DNA of 64,000 nucleotides from an uncultured Novosphingobium sp. (GTDB lineage Bacteria; Pseudomonadota; Alphaproteobacteria; Sphingomonadales; Sphingomonadaceae): NCBI GenBank assembly GCA_964413325.1, contig CAYPRK010000010.1, positions 47,595 to 111,594 of the forward strand, read 5' to 3'. Shown piece by piece: positions 54,336 to 64,000 of this stretch (position 1 is its first letter; each line of letters starts with the position of its first letter). The notes under the pieces were generated by a model. It saw only the letters and a program-made list of their open reading frames with translations, ran no database searches and was not told where the DNA came from. The position numbers and the translations under genes were made by a program.

Positions 54336-55136
54336 ATGACCAACAGCACCAAGGGAACCGCTCTCATCACCGGCGCATCGACCGGGATCGGCGCGATCTA
54401 TGCCGACCGCCTCGCCGCCCGCGGCTACGATCTCATCCTCGTCGCCCGCACCAAGGACAAGCTCCAGGCCCTCGCCGCGCAAATCTCGGACAAGACCGGC
54501 CGCTCGGTCGAAGTGCTCGCTGCCGATCTTGGCAACGCCGCCGATCTTGCCCGCGTCGAGCAAGTGCTGCGCGAAGATGCCAGCGTGACCGCGCTGGTCA
54601 ACAACGCCGGCACCGGCACGCACACCACCCTGCTCGAAAGCGATGTCGAGAAGATGGCCGCGATGGTCCAGCTCAACGTCACCGCGCTGATGCGGCTGAC
54701 GTATGCGGCGGTCCCCGGCTTCGTGGCGCGCGGTGGCGGCACGGTGATCAACATCGCCTCGATCGTCGCGATTGCCCCCGAGCTGCTCAACGGCGTCTAT
54801 GGCGGCACCAAGGCCTTCGTGCAGGCTTTCACCACCTCGCTGAACCACGAACTGGCGGACAAGGGCATCCGCGCGCAGGCCGTGCTGCCGGGCGCTACCC
54901 GCACCGACTTCTGGGCGCTTGGCGGACTGCCGGTGGAACACCTGCCGAGCGAGATCGTGATGGACGCCGAGGACATGGTCGATGCCGCCCTCGCCGGGCT
55001 CGATCAGGGCGAGACCGCAACGATCCCCGCGCTGCGCGATATCGAATTGTGGACCGCCTTCGAGGCTGCCCGCGCCGCGCTCGGCCCGCAGCTGTCCGCC
55101 ACCCGTCCGGCACCGCGCTTCAACGTCGCACGTTGA
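54336..55136 (+). CDS. Short-chain dehydrogenase/reductase (DltE-like)
   Basis: TGASTGIG, NNAG, YGGTK, 'VLPGATRTDFW'; RBS AAGGA precedes the ATG. Confidence 0.93.
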   Translation: MTNSTKGTALITGASTGIGAIYADRLAARGYDLILVARTKDKLQALAAQISDKTGRSVEVLAADLGNAADLARVEQVLREDASVTALVNNAGTGTHTTLLESDVEKMAAMVQLNVTALMRLTYAAVPGFVARGGGTVINIASIVAIAPELLNGVYGGTKAFVQAFTTSLNHELADKGIRAQAVLPGATRTDFWALGGLPVEHLPSEIVMDAEDMVDAALAGLDQGETATIPALRDIELWTAFEAARAALGPQLSATRPAPRFNVAR

Positions 55137-55174
55137 TCCCTCCCCCATCCTCTCCCGATACAAGGACCAATCCG

Positions 55175-55939
55175 ATGAAACTCTCCGGCAACACCATCTT
55201 CATCACCGGCGGCACCAGCGGCATCGGCCGCGGCCTCGCCGAAGCGCTCCACAAGCTGGGCAATCAGGTGATCATCTCGGGCCGCCGCACCGCGCTGCTC
55301 GATGAAGTGACCGCCGCCAACCCGGGCATGGCCTCGATCCAGCTCGACGTCACCAGCCTCGAGAGCATCCAGACCGCGGCGCAGGACCTGATCGCGCGCT
55401 TTCCGGACCTCAACGTCGTGTTCAACAACGCCGGCTTCATGCCCTTCGACGACGTGGGCGGCCCGGTAGACGACGCGGTGGCACAGGATCTCATCACCAC
55501 CAACCTGCTCGGGCCGATCCGCGTCACCTCGGCGCTGATCGAGCACCTCAAGACCAAGGCCGAGGCGACGGTGCTCTACACCACCAGCGTGCTCGCCTAC
55601 GTGCCGATCGCCAGCAACGCGATCTATTCGGCAACCAAGGCGGCGCTCCATTCCTACGCGCTTTCGCAGCGGTTCCAGCTGCGCGGCACCGGCGTGCGGG
55701 TGCAGGAAATCGCCCCACCGTGGGTCGATACCGACCTGATCTACAAGAGCGGCGATCCCCGCGCGATGCCGCTGCCCGATTTCATCGAGCAGACCCTCGC
55801 GGCGCTCGCCACCGATGCGCCGGAAGTGATTGTCGAGGGCATCCGGGCGATGCGCGACAATCCGGGCGCCAACGAGCACGCACTGTTCGAGGCCTTCAAC
55901 CAGAGCCTCGTCGAAAACCCGATCCCGACCGGCGCCTGA
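55175..55939 (+). CDS. Short-chain dehydrogenase/reductase (DltE-like)
   Basis: TGGTSGIG, NNAG, YSATK, 'EIAPPWVDTDL'; RBS AAGGA precedes the ATG. Confidence 0.93.
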   Translation: MKLSGNTIFITGGTSGIGRGLAEALHKLGNQVIISGRRTALLDEVTAANPGMASIQLDVTSLESIQTAAQDLIARFPDLNVVFNNAGFMPFDDVGGPVDDAVAQDLITTNLLGPIRVTSALIEHLKTKAEATVLYTTSVLAYVPIASNAIYSATKAALHSYALSQRFQLRGTGVRVQEIAPPWVDTDLIYKSGDPRAMPLPDFIEQTLAALATDAPEVIVEGIRAMRDNPGANEHALFEAFNQSLVENPIPTGA

Positions 55940-55943
55940 ACTG

Positions 55944-55973
55944 ACGCTGTGCGGCCGCAAGGCCGCACAGCGT
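55944..55973. terminator. 13-bp hairpin with GCAA tetraloop between convergent genes
   Basis: acgctgtgcggcc-gcaa-ggccgcacagcgt. Confidence 0.8.
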
Positions 55974-56043
55974 TCCACTTGGTAGAGCGCACATGATCCA
56001 TCCTGCGCTGGCCGCTACCCCGCTTGCCTTGCCAGCGCAGCAA

Positions 56044-57273
56044 TCAACCGTAGCAATCAGCCGACATCACCACGACTTCGCCCAGACGGCGCTTGCCAGC
56101 CCCCAGATACTCGGCCCGAATGGTCGCTCCGCCTTGCAGCAGAGGCACAAAGGCCCGGCGTGTGCAGATCGCCTTGGTCGCGGCAGTCTTGGTGTAGTCC
56201 GAGAAGCCGCCAGTACCGCTCGGTACGGCAGCGGTGAGGACCAGTTCGTTGCCTGACGCGGTGAACTCCGAAATCACGCTGCCATCATCAAGCTCGTGCG
56301 GGCGCTGCATATAGAGCGCGGTCTTGGCGATCAGGGCGTTGAGGCCAGGCTGGGCAGCTGCAGGCTGCACGGCAGCCGCCTTGGCGGCAGCGAGCCCTGT
56401 GGTTTGCCCTGAAGGCTGAAGCGGCGCTTGCGCAACGAAGGCCGGTGGCGGCGGCGCGGCCGGCTGGGCAGGCGCTGCGCGATCCACAATTGGCGCGACG
56501 GTCGGCACGATGGCCGTAAAGGCAGGCGCTGGCGTGCCGGGCTTGGCCAATTGAAACGCAAACGGATACTGCTCGCCGTTCCAGTTCACCACGATGGAAA
56601 CCCGCTCCGGCCGCTTCGTTGAGCTGACCTTCTGCAGCACGATCTTGCCGGCATAGCTCTGGCCAGGGTCGAGCGTGGTGGTCTGGATCACGGTATCGCC
56701 CAGCGCCTCACGCGTCTTGTCGAGATTGCTCTGAATCACGGCGATGCTGTAGCCAGTGCCGGCGGCGATCGCCGTCGCCTGAAGCTGCCCGATTGCGCTC
56801 GGCGCGCTGTAGCTGCTGTAGAAGCTCCCATACCGGGAGTGATACGATCCGTAGTAGGTATCACGCTGGCTCGCTGCGGCACCGGCGGCAAGGCCGCCAA
56901 GCACGCCGATACCAATCTGTTTCCACAGCGCCCGACTTTTTGCCTTGCCGATGAGCTGGTCGACCGAGAAGACTGCGAGCGACTGTTCACCCGCCTGAAC
57001 CACGAGGTTTTCGATCCCGAAGTTTGCAGGGCTTCTGCCCGCATTGAACACGGCGATGCTGAACGCAAGGCTGCCATGATCCATGGGCAGCGGCCTGATC
57101 TGCACGCTCCCCTGCTGCATTTGCAGATCAAGCGTCGGAACGCCGCGATCATAGCGCAAGGTCTCCGCCCCCACCTGCACGGGCTGAACCAACGGGGTAT
57201 CAGCGAGAGCGGCGACAGGCATCAGAAACGCCGCAACGACGCATGTCGCCTTCGAAAATGGGATAGTCATCAA
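56044..57273 (-). CDS. Secreted two-domain hypothetical protein; C-terminal ~95 aa resembles the AspS/GspS2-type pilotin fold (tentative)
   Basis: Signal peptide, ~230 aa domain, Pro/Ala linker, and a C-terminal domain with two Cys ('AICTR', 'SADC'). Confidence 0.7.
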   Translation of the reverse strand: MMTIPFSKATCVVAAFLMPVAALADTPLVQPVQVGAETLRYDRGVPTLDLQMQQGSVQIRPLPMDHGSLAFSIAVFNAGRSPANFGIENLVVQAGEQSLAVFSVDQLIGKAKSRALWKQIGIGVLGGLAAGAAASQRDTYYGSYHSRYGSFYSSYSAPSAIGQLQATAIAAGTGYSIAVIQSNLDKTREALGDTVIQTTTLDPGQSYAGKIVLQKVSSTKRPERVSIVVNWNGEQYPFAFQLAKPGTPAPAFTAIVPTVAPIVDRAAPAQPAAPPPPAFVAQAPLQPSGQTTGLAAAKAAAVQPAAAQPGLNALIAKTALYMQRPHELDDGSVISEFTASGNELVLTAAVPSGTGGFSDYTKTAATKAICTRRAFVPLLQGGATIRAEYLGAGKRRLGEVVVMSADCYG

Positions 57274-57740
57274 GTCCCCCTAAGTGATTGAAAATCAATA
57301 GGGGATCGAAGTTTAGGCGATCCGAAAAAGTAGGGTTAAATTTCTACGATTGAGCCGAGACCTTCGAAATAACCCGGACTTTTTACCTATATGGCATGTA
57401 GTTTTCGAAAAATTCCCCGCCTTCTCGAAATTAAAGAATTTTTATCAGGAAATTTTCAAGAAAACTTGGCCGCTATACATCTAAAATTTGATATTATATT
57501 TGAAAGTCCGGCACTTAGCTCTATTCCAGCATTAACTATTGCGACCAAGAGAAAAACGCCAGACCTTCGCAGGCCAAGGTTAGCTAGCAGCCCACTATCG
57601 GCCAGCCTCAAATGCCGATTTGCAAAGGCCCTGGGGTCACGCCACACGCAAATCAGTACGAAATGATGTCCGAGAAGAACGTAGGAATAAGCCCAGGCCT
57701 GCTCGACCCGTTGGGCTTTTTGACGATCTCTGGAGAACGG
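57274..57740. other. AT-rich non-coding stretch at the 3' side of tRNA-Tyr
   Basis: Hand count for 57421-57480 is 18/60 G+C, against visibly GC-rich flanks. An aagccca...tgggctt hairpin near 57689-57719 is a probable tRNA terminator. Confidence 0.7.
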
Positions 57741-57744
57741 CTGG

Positions 57745-57830
57745 TGGTGGACAGGGCTAGATTCGAACTAGCGTACGCTTGCGCGGGCAGATTTACAGTC
57801 TGCTGCCTTTAACCACTCGGCCACCTGTCC
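57745..57830 (-). tRNA. tRNA-Tyr (GTA), CCA encoded
   Basis: GGACAGG/CCTGTCC acceptor stem, D-arm TGGCCGAGTGGTTAAAGGC, anticodon arm GCAGA-CTGTAAA-TCTGC, long variable arm, GTTCGAATC T-loop. Confidence 0.98.
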
Positions 57831-57916
57831 ACACCAGATTTGCCGGTCCGGGAGCGAGCCCCCGATTGTGCGCCTCGCTTCGTTGAAAAAGCTGGGCTCC
57901 GGCCGAGTGAGGCGCC

Positions 57917-57945
57917 CCTTTGGCGAAGCGCTGCGCACCTGTCAA
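57917..57945 (-). promoter_or_regulatory. Candidate sigma70 promoter of tRNA-Tyr
   Basis: TTGACA-N17-CAAAGG on the minus strand (weak -10). Confidence 0.4.
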
Positions 57946-58016
57946 CAGCCTTGCCTGTCAATGGGGCGGCTGGCATGGGCCGCGAGGTAATTTTGTGAAG
58001 CATGGAAAGTACGGCA

Positions 58017-58841
58017 ATGGCCAAGCGCGATGAGAATGGTGGACGCAGCAAGCCGATGCGGGGGCGCGCAGGGCGCATGCAAGGCGGACGCGGGTCGGGA
58101 CGGGCCTCCACCGGGGCGGTGCGGCTATGGGGCCGCCACGCGGTCGAAGCAGCGCTGACGAACCCGGCGCGCACGGCGAAGAAGCTGTGGGGCACGCGTG
58201 AGGCGATCCAGGCCATGCTCGACGATCACGATGCCGAACTGCCCGCCTCGCTCCCGGTCGAATACGCGCAGGCCGCCGATCTTGGCCGCCTCGTCGCGCG
58301 CGATGCACCGCACCAGGGCCTCGTGCTCGATTGCCTTACGCTCGACGACGTCGCCCTTCCCGATGTGCTGGAGGAGGCGGAAGGCCGCACCCTCGTCCTG
58401 CTCGATTCGGTCACCGATCCGCACAACGTGGGCGCAATCCTGCGCAGCTGCGCCGCGTTCGATGTGGCAGCGCTGATCACGCAGGACCGCCATGCCCCGC
58501 CCGAATCCGGCACACTGGCCAAATCGGCATCGGGCGCGCTCGAAGTCGTGCCATGGGTGCGCGTCGTCAATCTCGCCCGCGCGCTCGAACTGATCGCCGA
58601 GTCTGGCTACTGGCGCATCGGGCTTGATGGCGAGGGCAGCGCGGTGTTTCCCTCCGCCGTCCCCGCCGGCCCGGTCGCGCTGGTGCTTGGCGCGGAAGGT
58701 GAAGGCCTCCGGCACAATGTCGCGCAGCACTGCGATGCCATTGCGCGGCTGCCAATTGCTTCCGCCGTGGAAAGCCTGAATGTTTCGAATGCGGCAGCAA
58801 TTGCGCTCTATGCTGTGGCGACTCGGGGCGAGGTCGGCTGA
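58017..58841 (+). CDS. rlmB: 23S rRNA (Gm2251) methyltransferase, TrmH/SpoU family
   Basis: 'LWGRHAVEAAL', 'HQGLV', 'LDSVTDPHNVGAILRS', 'KSASGALE', 'LGAEGEGLR', 'ESLNVSNAAAI'. Confidence 0.93.
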   Translation: MAKRDENGGRSKPMRGRAGRMQGGRGSGRASTGAVRLWGRHAVEAALTNPARTAKKLWGTREAIQAMLDDHDAELPASLPVEYAQAADLGRLVARDAPHQGLVLDCLTLDDVALPDVLEEAEGRTLVLLDSVTDPHNVGAILRSCAAFDVAALITQDRHAPPESGTLAKSASGALEVVPWVRVVNLARALELIAESGYWRIGLDGEGSAVFPSAVPAGPVALVLGAEGEGLRHNVAQHCDAIARLPIASAVESLNVSNAAAIALYAVATRGEVG

Positions 58842-58880
58842 CGCAGCTGGCCCTCCCCCGCAGCAAAAGGGGGATGGGCC

Positions 58881-59777
58881 ATGAAATCCAACCGCAGGAT
58901 CGCCGCCGCACTGGGCGCCGCTGCCATGCTTCTCGTGCTCGCTGGCTGCATGGTGCTGCCCGGCAAGTTCGCCAGCGATCTCGCGCTGCGCCGGGACGGG
59001 ACTTTCACGTTTCACTACAAGGGCGAGATCATTCTGGCCGCGCTCGCGCAGGGCAGCAAATCCGTCAAAGCGGATGCAATCCCGCCCGAGCCGTTCGAAC
59101 AGCAGCCCTGCACCGATCCGCAGACCGATGAGACGCACGACTGCTCGGCGGCCGAAATCGCGCAGCAGCGCGCCAAGTGGAGCGACGAGCAGAAGGCGCG
59201 CAAGGCTGCCAAGGCCAACGAGGACGTGCAGAACCGCAAGATGATGCAGGCGTTCATGGGCGGCATCGATCCCGATGATCCCAAGGCCGCCGCCGCCTTC
59301 GCGCAGCGCCTTGCGCGGCAGGAAGGCTATGCTTCGGTGGTGAGCAAGGGCGGCGGCAAGTTCGAAGTGGACTATACCGCGAGCGGCCGGCTCGACCACG
59401 ACTTCACCTTTCCGACCATCGAGCGGCTGCCAATGGTCATGCCGTTCGTCTCGCTGATCCGCCGCGCCGATGGCAGCGTGCGCGTCGATGCGCCCGCTTT
59501 CAGCACCGCGGCGGCCAATCCGGTAATGCCGGGGCTCGGCGCGATGGCAGGGGCGATGAGCGGCATGAAGGACGCCTCCCAGCCCGGCGCGAAGCCTGGC
59601 GGGGACGGGCCGCCGATTGCCGAGGGCACCTTCACGGTGCGCACCGATGGCCAGATCATGGCCAACAACACCGATGAAGGCCCGCAGGCCGATGGCGCAG
59701 GCGGCCTCCAGCGGCTTGACTGGAAGGTCGATGCGCGGACCGCCGCAGCGCCCACCGCACTGATCAAGCTGAAGTAA
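58881..59777 (+). CDS. Hypothetical lipoprotein
   Basis: Lipobox 'LVLAGC'; no catalytic motif recognised. Confidence 0.8.
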   Translation: MKSNRRIAAALGAAAMLLVLAGCMVLPGKFASDLALRRDGTFTFHYKGEIILAALAQGSKSVKADAIPPEPFEQQPCTDPQTDETHDCSAAEIAQQRAKWSDEQKARKAAKANEDVQNRKMMQAFMGGIDPDDPKAAAAFAQRLARQEGYASVVSKGGGKFEVDYTASGRLDHDFTFPTIERLPMVMPFVSLIRRADGSVRVDAPAFSTAAANPVMPGLGAMAGAMSGMKDASQPGAKPGGDGPPIAEGTFTVRTDGQIMANNTDEGPQADGAGGLQRLDWKVDARTAAAPTALIKLK

Positions 59778-59796
59778 TCCCTCCAGAGGGGCAAAA

Positions 59797-59837
59797 CCAA
59801 AAACGCCGCTCCGGCATGTCCGGCGCGGCGTTTTTGG
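59797..59837. terminator. Bidirectional Rho-independent terminator
   Basis: ccaaaaacgccgc...gcggcgtttttgg between the convergent lipoprotein and HU genes. Confidence 0.85.
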
Positions 59838-59887
59838 TGCGGTTCGCGCGTGGCCGGTCAGGTCCCGCGCAAATGCCGTTTGCTGCC

Positions 59888-60160
59888 TTAGTTGACGGCG
59901 TCCTTCAGGCCCTTGCCAGCCTTGAACTTGGGCTGGGCCGAAGCCTTGATCGACATCGGTTCGCCGGTGCGCGGATTGCGACCGGTCGAGGCCTTGCGCT
60001 TGGCAACCGAGAACGTACCGAACCCGACGAGACGCACTTCATCACCCTTGGCCAGCGCCGAGGTCACGCTGTCGAAAACGGCTTCGACCGCCTTCGTTGC
60101 ATCACCTTTCGAGAGACCGCTTGCATCGGCCACAGCGCTGATCAGATCGTTCTTGTTCAT
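59888..60160 (-). CDS. hupB: DNA-binding protein HU
   Basis: 'MNKNDLISAVA...LVGFGTFSV...GRNPRTGE...PKFKAGKGLKDAVN'; downstream of lon. Confidence 0.97.
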   Translation of the reverse strand: MNKNDLISAVADASGLSKGDATKAVEAVFDSVTSALAKGDEVRLVGFGTFSVAKRKASTGRNPRTGEPMSIKASAQPKFKAGKGLKDAVN

Positions 60161-60418
60161 TGCGAAACCCCCATTGGTTTTTATGCAAACACCGGTTGCC
60201 TGAATCAAAATTCGGGTGGCAGGAAGAGAGCCGAGAAAGAATTCGCTGTCAAAGCGAAAAACGCCCGGAATCGCCGAATAAGCGGCGGAATCCGGCGCTT
60301 TCCAGTCAAGCCGATCTGTCCCTTACCGCCCAAAGGTGCAGGGGGTTGGCGCAAAGGTTAATGCTGCAACGCGGGGGTGCAGCATGACGGATCATGCTGC
60401 ACCGCAATAGACTTGCGT

Positions 60419-62830
60419 TTAGTGCGCCGTCGGCACTGTCGCTGCGCCGCTCAGGGCAGGTGCCGGACCTGCCGCCATTTCGTCGGCTTCGGTCCACTCG
60501 ATCGCCTCGGTCGGCGCCACCAGCGCAAGCGCCAGCACTTCGTCGACATGGCTCACGGGGACGATTTCCAGACCCTCGCGGATGTTCGCGGGGATCTCGG
60601 CCAGATCCTTGCGATTCTCCTCAGGGATCAGCACCGTCTTGATGCCGCCGCGCAGCGCCGCCAGCAGCTTTTCCTTGAGACCGCCGATCGGCAGCACGCG
60701 GCCCCGCAGCGTGACTTCGCCGGTCATCGCCACATCGGCACGGACCGGAATGCCGGTCAGCGTCGAGACCATTGCCGTCACCATGCCCACACCCGCGCTC
60801 GGCCCGTCCTTGGGAACAGCGCCTTCGGGCAAGTGGATGTGCAGATCCTTGCGGTTGAAGATCGAAGGCTTGATCCCGTACTGCGGCCCGCGCGCCTTGA
60901 CGAAACTGAACGCCATCTGGACGCTTTCGCTCATCACTTCGCCGAGCTTGCCGGTGGTCTTGACCGCACCCTTGCCGGGCACCGTCACGCTTTCGATCGT
61001 CAGCAGCTCGCCGCCGACTTCGGTCCAGGCCAGACCCGTCACCGCGCCGACCTGGTTTTCCTCGTCGGAGACGCCGTGGCGGAACTTGCGCACACCGGCG
61101 AAGTCCGCGAGGTTTTCCGGCGTGACGATGACAGCGGTTTCCTTCTTCTCGAGGATCCGCCGCAGCGCCTTGCGCGCCAGCCGCGCGATCTCGCGCTCCA
61201 GCGTGCGGACGCCCGCCTCACGGGTGTAGTAGCGGATCAGGTCACGCAGCGCAGCCTGCTCCAGCGTGAACTCGCCGTCCTTCAGCCCGTGCGCTTCGAT
61301 CTGCTTGGCAATCAGGTGGCGCTCGGCGATCTCAACCTTCTCGTCCTCGGTGTAGCCCTCAAGCCGGATGATCTCCATGCGGTCGAGCAGCGCCTGCGGC
61401 AGATTGAGGCTGTTTGCAGTGCACACAAACATCACGTCCGAGAGGTCGATATCGAGCTCGAGGTAATGATCCTGGAACTTCGCATTCTGTTCCGGATCGA
61501 GCACCTCGAGCAGCGCCGAAGCGGGATCGCCGCGGAAGTCCTGACCCAGCTTGTCGATCTCATCGAGCAGGAACAGCGGGTTCGACGTGCCGGTCTTCTT
61601 CAGATTCGTCACGATCTTGCCCGGCAGCGAGCCGATGTAGGTGCGCCGGTGGCCGCGAATCTCAGCCTCGTCGCGCACGCCGCCCAGCGACTGGCGCACG
61701 AACTGGCGGCCGGTCGCCTTGGCGATCGACTTGCCCAGCGAGGTCTTGCCCACCCCCGGCGGGCCGACGAGGCACAGGATCGGCCCCTTCAGCTTGTTGG
61801 TGCGCGCCTGCACGGCGAGATACTCGATGATGCGGTCCTTGACCTTGTCGAGCGCATAGTGATCGGCATCGAGCACGGCCTGCGCCGCCGCGATATCCTT
61901 CTTGAGCTTCGACTTCTTGCCCCAGGGCAGGCCCAGCAGCACATCGAGGTAATTGCGGATGACGGTCGCCTCAGCGCTCATCGGCTGCATCGTGCGCAGC
62001 TTCTTGAGCTCGGCGGTCGCCTTGGCGCGCGCCTCCTTGGAAAGCTTGAGCGTCTCGATCTTCTCGGCCAGTTCGGCGAGCTCGTTGCCCTCGCCGTCAT
62101 CGCCGCCGCCCAGCTCGGACTGGATCGCCTTGAGCTGTTCGTTGAGGTAATACTCGCGCTGCGTCTTTTCCATCTGGCGCTTCACGCGGCCACGGATCTT
62201 GCGCTCCACCTGCAGCACGCCAAGCTCGCCCTCCATGAAGGAAAGCACCATCTCGAGCCGCTTGAGCGGATCGGCCTCGGCCAGCACAGCCTGCTTTTCC
62301 GCCACGCGCGCGGCGAGGTTCGCGGCAACCGCATCGGCGAGCTTGCCGGCATCGTCGATATCGCCCAGCTGCGAGCCCGCATCCTGCGGCAGCTTCTTGG
62401 AAAGCTTGGCATATTCGCCGAACTGTTCGACCACCGAGCGCATCATGCCGGCGATCTCGGCACCGGATACCTCGTTCGGCTCGACCACTTCGACGTCGGC
62501 CAGGACGAGCTCGCCTTCATTCGCAGTCTCGGTCGTCAGCGCCTTCAGTTCGGCGCGCTGCTGGCCTTCGACGAGCACGCGCACGGTGCCATCGGGCAGC
62601 TTGAGCAGCTGGAGCACGGTGGCGACCACGCCAGTATCATAAAGGTCATCGCGGTCGGGATCGTCGCAGCCCGGATCGAGCTGGGCGAGCAGGAAGATTT
62701 CCTTGGAACCCGCCATTGCGACTTCGAGCGCCGAGACCGACTTTTCGCGGCCGACGAACAGCGGCACGACCATGCCGGGGAACACGACAATGTCGCGCAG
62801 CGGAAGCAGGGGATACTGAGCCATATTCAT
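60419..62830 (-). CDS. lon: ATP-dependent protease La
   Basis: '[12 protein letters not shown]', Walker A GPPGVGKT, 'PKDGPSAG' catalytic Ser, 'PIGGLKEK' catalytic Lys. Confidence 0.98.
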   Translation of the reverse strand: MNMAQYPLLPLRDIVVFPGMVVPLFVGREKSVSALEVAMAGSKEIFLLAQLDPGCDDPDRDDLYDTGVVATVLQLLKLPDGTVRVLVEGQQRAELKALTTETANEGELVLADVEVVEPNEVSGAEIAGMMRSVVEQFGEYAKLSKKLPQDAGSQLGDIDDAGKLADAVAANLAARVAEKQAVLAEADPLKRLEMVLSFMEGELGVLQVERKIRGRVKRQMEKTQREYYLNEQLKAIQSELGGGDDGEGNELAELAEKIETLKLSKEARAKATAELKKLRTMQPMSAEATVIRNYLDVLLGLPWGKKSKLKKDIAAAQAVLDADHYALDKVKDRIIEYLAVQARTNKLKGPILCLVGPPGVGKTSLGKSIAKATGRQFVRQSLGGVRDEAEIRGHRRTYIGSLPGKIVTNLKKTGTSNPLFLLDEIDKLGQDFRGDPASALLEVLDPEQNAKFQDHYLELDIDLSDVMFVCTANSLNLPQALLDRMEIIRLEGYTEDEKVEIAERHLIAKQIEAHGLKDGEFTLEQAALRDLIRYYTREAGVRTLEREIARLARKALRRILEKKETAVIVTPENLADFAGVRKFRHGVSDEENQVGAVTGLAWTEVGGELLTIESVTVPGKGAVKTTGKLGEVMSESVQMAFSFVKARGPQYGIKPSIFNRKDLHIHLPEGAVPKDGPSAGVGMVTAMVSTLTGIPVRADVAMTGEVTLRGRVLPIGGLKEKLLAALRGGIKTVLIPEENRKDLAEIPANIREGLEIVPVSHVDEVLALALVAPTEAIEWTEADEMAAGPAPALSGAATVPTAH

Positions 62831-62885
62831 TTATTCCATTGATCCGGCCGCTAGGGGAAAGGACGGCAGGTTCTCTTGAATATGA

Positions 62886-62914
62886 ATATGGGAGCCCGAC
62901 CCTCTGCCCGCAAT
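62886..62914 (-). promoter_or_regulatory. Candidate RpoH (sigma32) promoter of lon
   Basis: Minus strand ATTGCG-N15-TCCCATAT resembles CTTGAA-N-CCCCATNT; lon is a standard heat-shock gene. Confidence 0.45.
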
Positions 62915-62991
62915 GGCCCAATGTGCCGCGATTGTGGAGTACGCCGTCCCGCTGCCTGGAACGCAGCCGCACTGGTGCAAAGTAACCCGGA

Positions 62992-64000
62992 TCAGGGCGT
63001 GGGCTGCACCACCGGCTGCGAAACGAACACCGGGGGCGGCGGCGGCGGAGGCGGCGAAGCGGGTGGGGCCGGCGGCGCGGGCGGTGCGGGCTCGGCAACA
63101 GGGGCAGCGGCCTGGTCCGGCGCCGCAGCCGCATCCGCTGCCTTGTCCTCCTGCTCGATCACGCGCTTCTCGGCTGCGGAGACTGGATCAGCCGCAGCGC
63201 CGATGGGCCGCGCGAATGGGCCATAACGGGTCTGCCCCTTCACCAGCGGCCCGCGCCCGTGCAGCGCCTCGATCTGGTCGAAGCGCGATTGCAGGTAGAC
63301 GCGGCGGTAGGTCGAATAAGGATCCGCAGAATTGCGCAGGCGCTTGAAGTCCTCGTCCGCCTCGTTGCGATAATCGAGCGCATCAATCGTGCTCATCGGC
63401 AGGGCATACCACGGCTTGTTGAACGGCGTGCCCACGGCGAGCGGCACTGCCAGCCGGTCGGCGATCAGGCCGACCAGATCGCGCACCGTTGTCGGGCCGA
63501 CCAGCGGCAAAAACAGGTAAGGCCCCGGCCCCACGCCATAATAGCCCAGCACGTTGGCAAGGCCGTTCTGGCGATAGGGCAGGTTGAACGGCTTGCTGCG
63601 CGCCACGTCGATCGTGCCGCCAAGGCCAATGGTCGAATTGATGCCGAACCGGCCCACCGTCTCGAACGCCTTCCCGGGCTTCAGTTCCAGCACATAGGCC
63701 GCCGCCACCACCGGTTCGCGCACGTTGCGGATGAAATTGCGCAGCGCCATGCGCAGCGGGCGCGGCACGGCCTTCTGATAGCCGTTCGCCACCGGGGCGA
63801 CGAACAAGTCGTCTGCCTTCTGGAGCACTTCGTAGCTCGTCTCGTTCGCCTTCGCGAGGGGGTCCTCCGGCGGCGCCTTCACCGAACCCGAGACGACGAT
63901 CTCGCCCGCCAGCGGCGGCAGCGGCTCCTTGGCCGGCTTCGCAGGCGTGCCAACCTCTTCAGCGGGCGTGGTCTGGATCGGCGCCGGGGCCGAGGCCGGG
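62992..64000 (-). CDS. mlaA: MlaA/VacJ-family lipoprotein (5' end lies outside the window)
   Basis: 'EDPL...N', 'RFGINSTIGLGG', 'LGYYGVGPGPYLFLPLVGPTTVRD', 'DPYSTYRRVYLQ'; frame is open to the window end. Confidence 0.9.
   Translation of the reverse strand, partial: PASAPAPIQTTPAEEVGTPAKPAKEPLPPLAGEIVVSGSVKAPPEDPLAKANETSYEVLQKADDLFVAPVANGYQKAVPRPLRMALRNFIRNVREPVVAAAYVLELKPGKAFETVGRFGINSTIGLGGTIDVARSKPFNLPYRQNGLANVLGYYGVGPGPYLFLPLVGPTTVRDLVGLIADRLAVPLAVGTPFNKPWYALPMSTIDALDYRNEADEDFKRLRNSADPYSTYRRVYLQSRFDQIEALHGRGPLVKGQTRYGPFARPIGAAADPVSAAEKRVIEQEDKAADAAAAPDQAAAPVAEPAPPAPPAPPASPPPPPPPPVFVSQPVVQPTP

Noticed and set aside
53269-55939. GlxA regulator with two divergent SDRs as part of the island
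   Set aside because: A common stand-alone detoxification or metabolic module with no evident link to the surface genes.
55978-55992. 'ttggtagagcgc' resembling a tRNA D-arm fragment or att site
   Set aside because: Too short, no flanking tRNA stems, and it does not match the tRNA-Tyr in this window.
57391-57666. Short ORFs in the AT-rich stretch (57391-57666, 57456-57647, 57612-57812)
   Set aside because: No RBS or motif, atypical composition, and one overlaps the tRNA.
1-64000. Mobile elements (IS, integrase, prophage), toxin-immunity pair after tpsA, rRNA
   Set aside because: No transposase, integrase, phage or rRNA signatures seen. TpsA lacks a VENN/CdiA-type toxin tip and no small immunity ORF follows it.

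Overview
High-GC alphaproteobacterial chromosome. The gene content and the lon-hupB and rlmB/tRNA-Tyr arrangements are consistent with a sphingomonad, but this is inference. About 57 kb to the left of tRNA-Tyr (57745-57830) is devoted to the cell surface. It contains: (i) the end of a chaperone-usher-type pilus operon whose usher-like gene has a ~500 aa disordered N-terminal extension with RLEKA repeats; (ii) 18 co-directional minus-strand genes (41349 down to 5970) encoding a large DING/PstS-family phosphate-binding protein, a TpsB/ExbB/ExbD/TonB/porin cassette, a ~4400 aa TpsA exoprotein, and an ABC-transporter-type capsule locus that contains UDP-sulfoquinovose synthase (sqdB), a GT4+GT2 glycosyltransferase, an epimerase, an apparently ATPase-dead KpsT, a GH18-like hydrolase and a GSCFA-TPR protein; and (iii) a divergent Hxc-like type II secretion operon whose secretin gene has a 1-nt frameshift at ~50586. 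Core genes lie to the right (rlmB, hupB, lon, mlaA/vacJ). The best candidate for an undescribed system is a sulfoquinovose-containing, phosphorus-free capsule joined to a phosphate-starvation secretion and adhesion island. All family calls come from motifs read by eye; no database search was run.
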